Below are positions 22,059-24,000 of a stretch of DNA of 24,000 bases, one piece after another. Source of the DNA: Thermotomaculum hydrothermale. GTDB lineage: Bacteria > Acidobacteriota > Holophagae > Thermotomaculales > Thermotomaculaceae. The notes under the pieces were generated by a model, which was not told the DNA's origin, did not search any database, and worked only from the letters and a program-made list of their open reading frames with translations. The stretch is from positions 991,471 to 1,015,470 of the forward strand of contig NZ_AP017470.1 in assembly GCF_016592575.1 (NCBI RefSeq). Direction: 5' to 3'. The position numbers and the translations under genes are program-made. Numbering within the stretch: the stretch's first letter is position 1; every line of letters starts with the position of its first letter.

Positions 22059-22472
22059 TTAACTTACTTCTTTACCTATGAGTTTGAGCCTTGCCATTGC
22101 CCTCATTAATGCAGCCCTTGCTCTTTCAATGTCGGTGTTTTCGTCAGGGTGCTCAAGCCTTTCTTTTGCTCTCTTTAATGCAGCCATAGCCCTTTCAGCA
22201 TCAATTTCTTCTGGCAATTCAGCTGTCCTGCAAAGCATGGTAACCTTATCAGGTAAAACTTCCACAAAGCCGCCTGTTACGGCAAGTTTCTTATTATCCC
22301 CTGTAATGTCGGTAAAACTAAGTATTCCTATTCCCAATTTAGCAAAGTATGGGGTATGCATAGGCAAAGCCTGCATTTCACCTTCATATGCCGGAATTGT
22401 AACCTCTTTAACCTCTATCTCAAATACGCTTCTTTCAGGGGTAACGAGACTGAAATGCATTGTTTCAGCCAT
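22059..22472 (-). CDS. atpC: F0F1 ATP synthase subunit epsilon
   Basis: 137 aa. N-terminal beta-sandwich start (MHFSLVTPERSVFE) and a C-terminal helical hairpin (AERAMAALKRAKERL...ARAALMRAMARLK). Located 4 nt after atpD. Confidence 0.9.
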   Translation of the reverse strand: MAETMHFSLVTPERSVFEIEVKEVTIPAYEGEMQALPMHTPYFAKLGIGILSFTDITGDNKKLAVTGGFVEVLPDKVTMLCRTAELPEEIDAERAMAALKRAKERLEHPDENTDIERARAALMRAMARLKLIGKEVS

Positions 22473-22476
22473 AGTA

Positions 22477-24000
<1,524 letters not shown>

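Overview
This is an AT-rich chromosomal segment (roughly one-third G+C by eye, not computed) from a diderm bacterium, possibly a thermophile given the Lys/Glu/Ile-rich proteins. The plus-strand block (9-6837) holds a four-gene RND efflux operon: a TolC-like outer membrane factor, a lipoprotein adaptor, an AcrB/CzcA-type pump and an overlapping DUF2892 mini membrane protein. A strong intrinsic terminator closes that operon, and DUF3467-maf follows. Everything from 6834 onward is on the minus strand. In coordinate order it holds HU/IHF, type I asparaginase, hslU (no hslV in the window), an unknown lipoprotein, a DUF4911-like protein, a U32 (TrhP/YrrO-like) Fe-S protein, mltG and lepA. Next comes the outlier of the window, an 898-aa protein. 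It has an N-terminal Cys/His module, then 27 tandem 11-residue ATFxGxAxFxx repeats encoded by a near-perfect 33-bp in-frame minisatellite (15857-16747), then a C-terminal multi-helix membrane domain. After it come a MacAB-type ABC efflux operon preceded by Yip1, a 4-TM protein and an XRE regulator, and finally atpC-atpD-atpG (partial). I recognised no rRNA, tRNA, CRISPR array, transposase or integrase. All family calls come from motif recognition by eye on the supplied translations; no database search or folding program was run.
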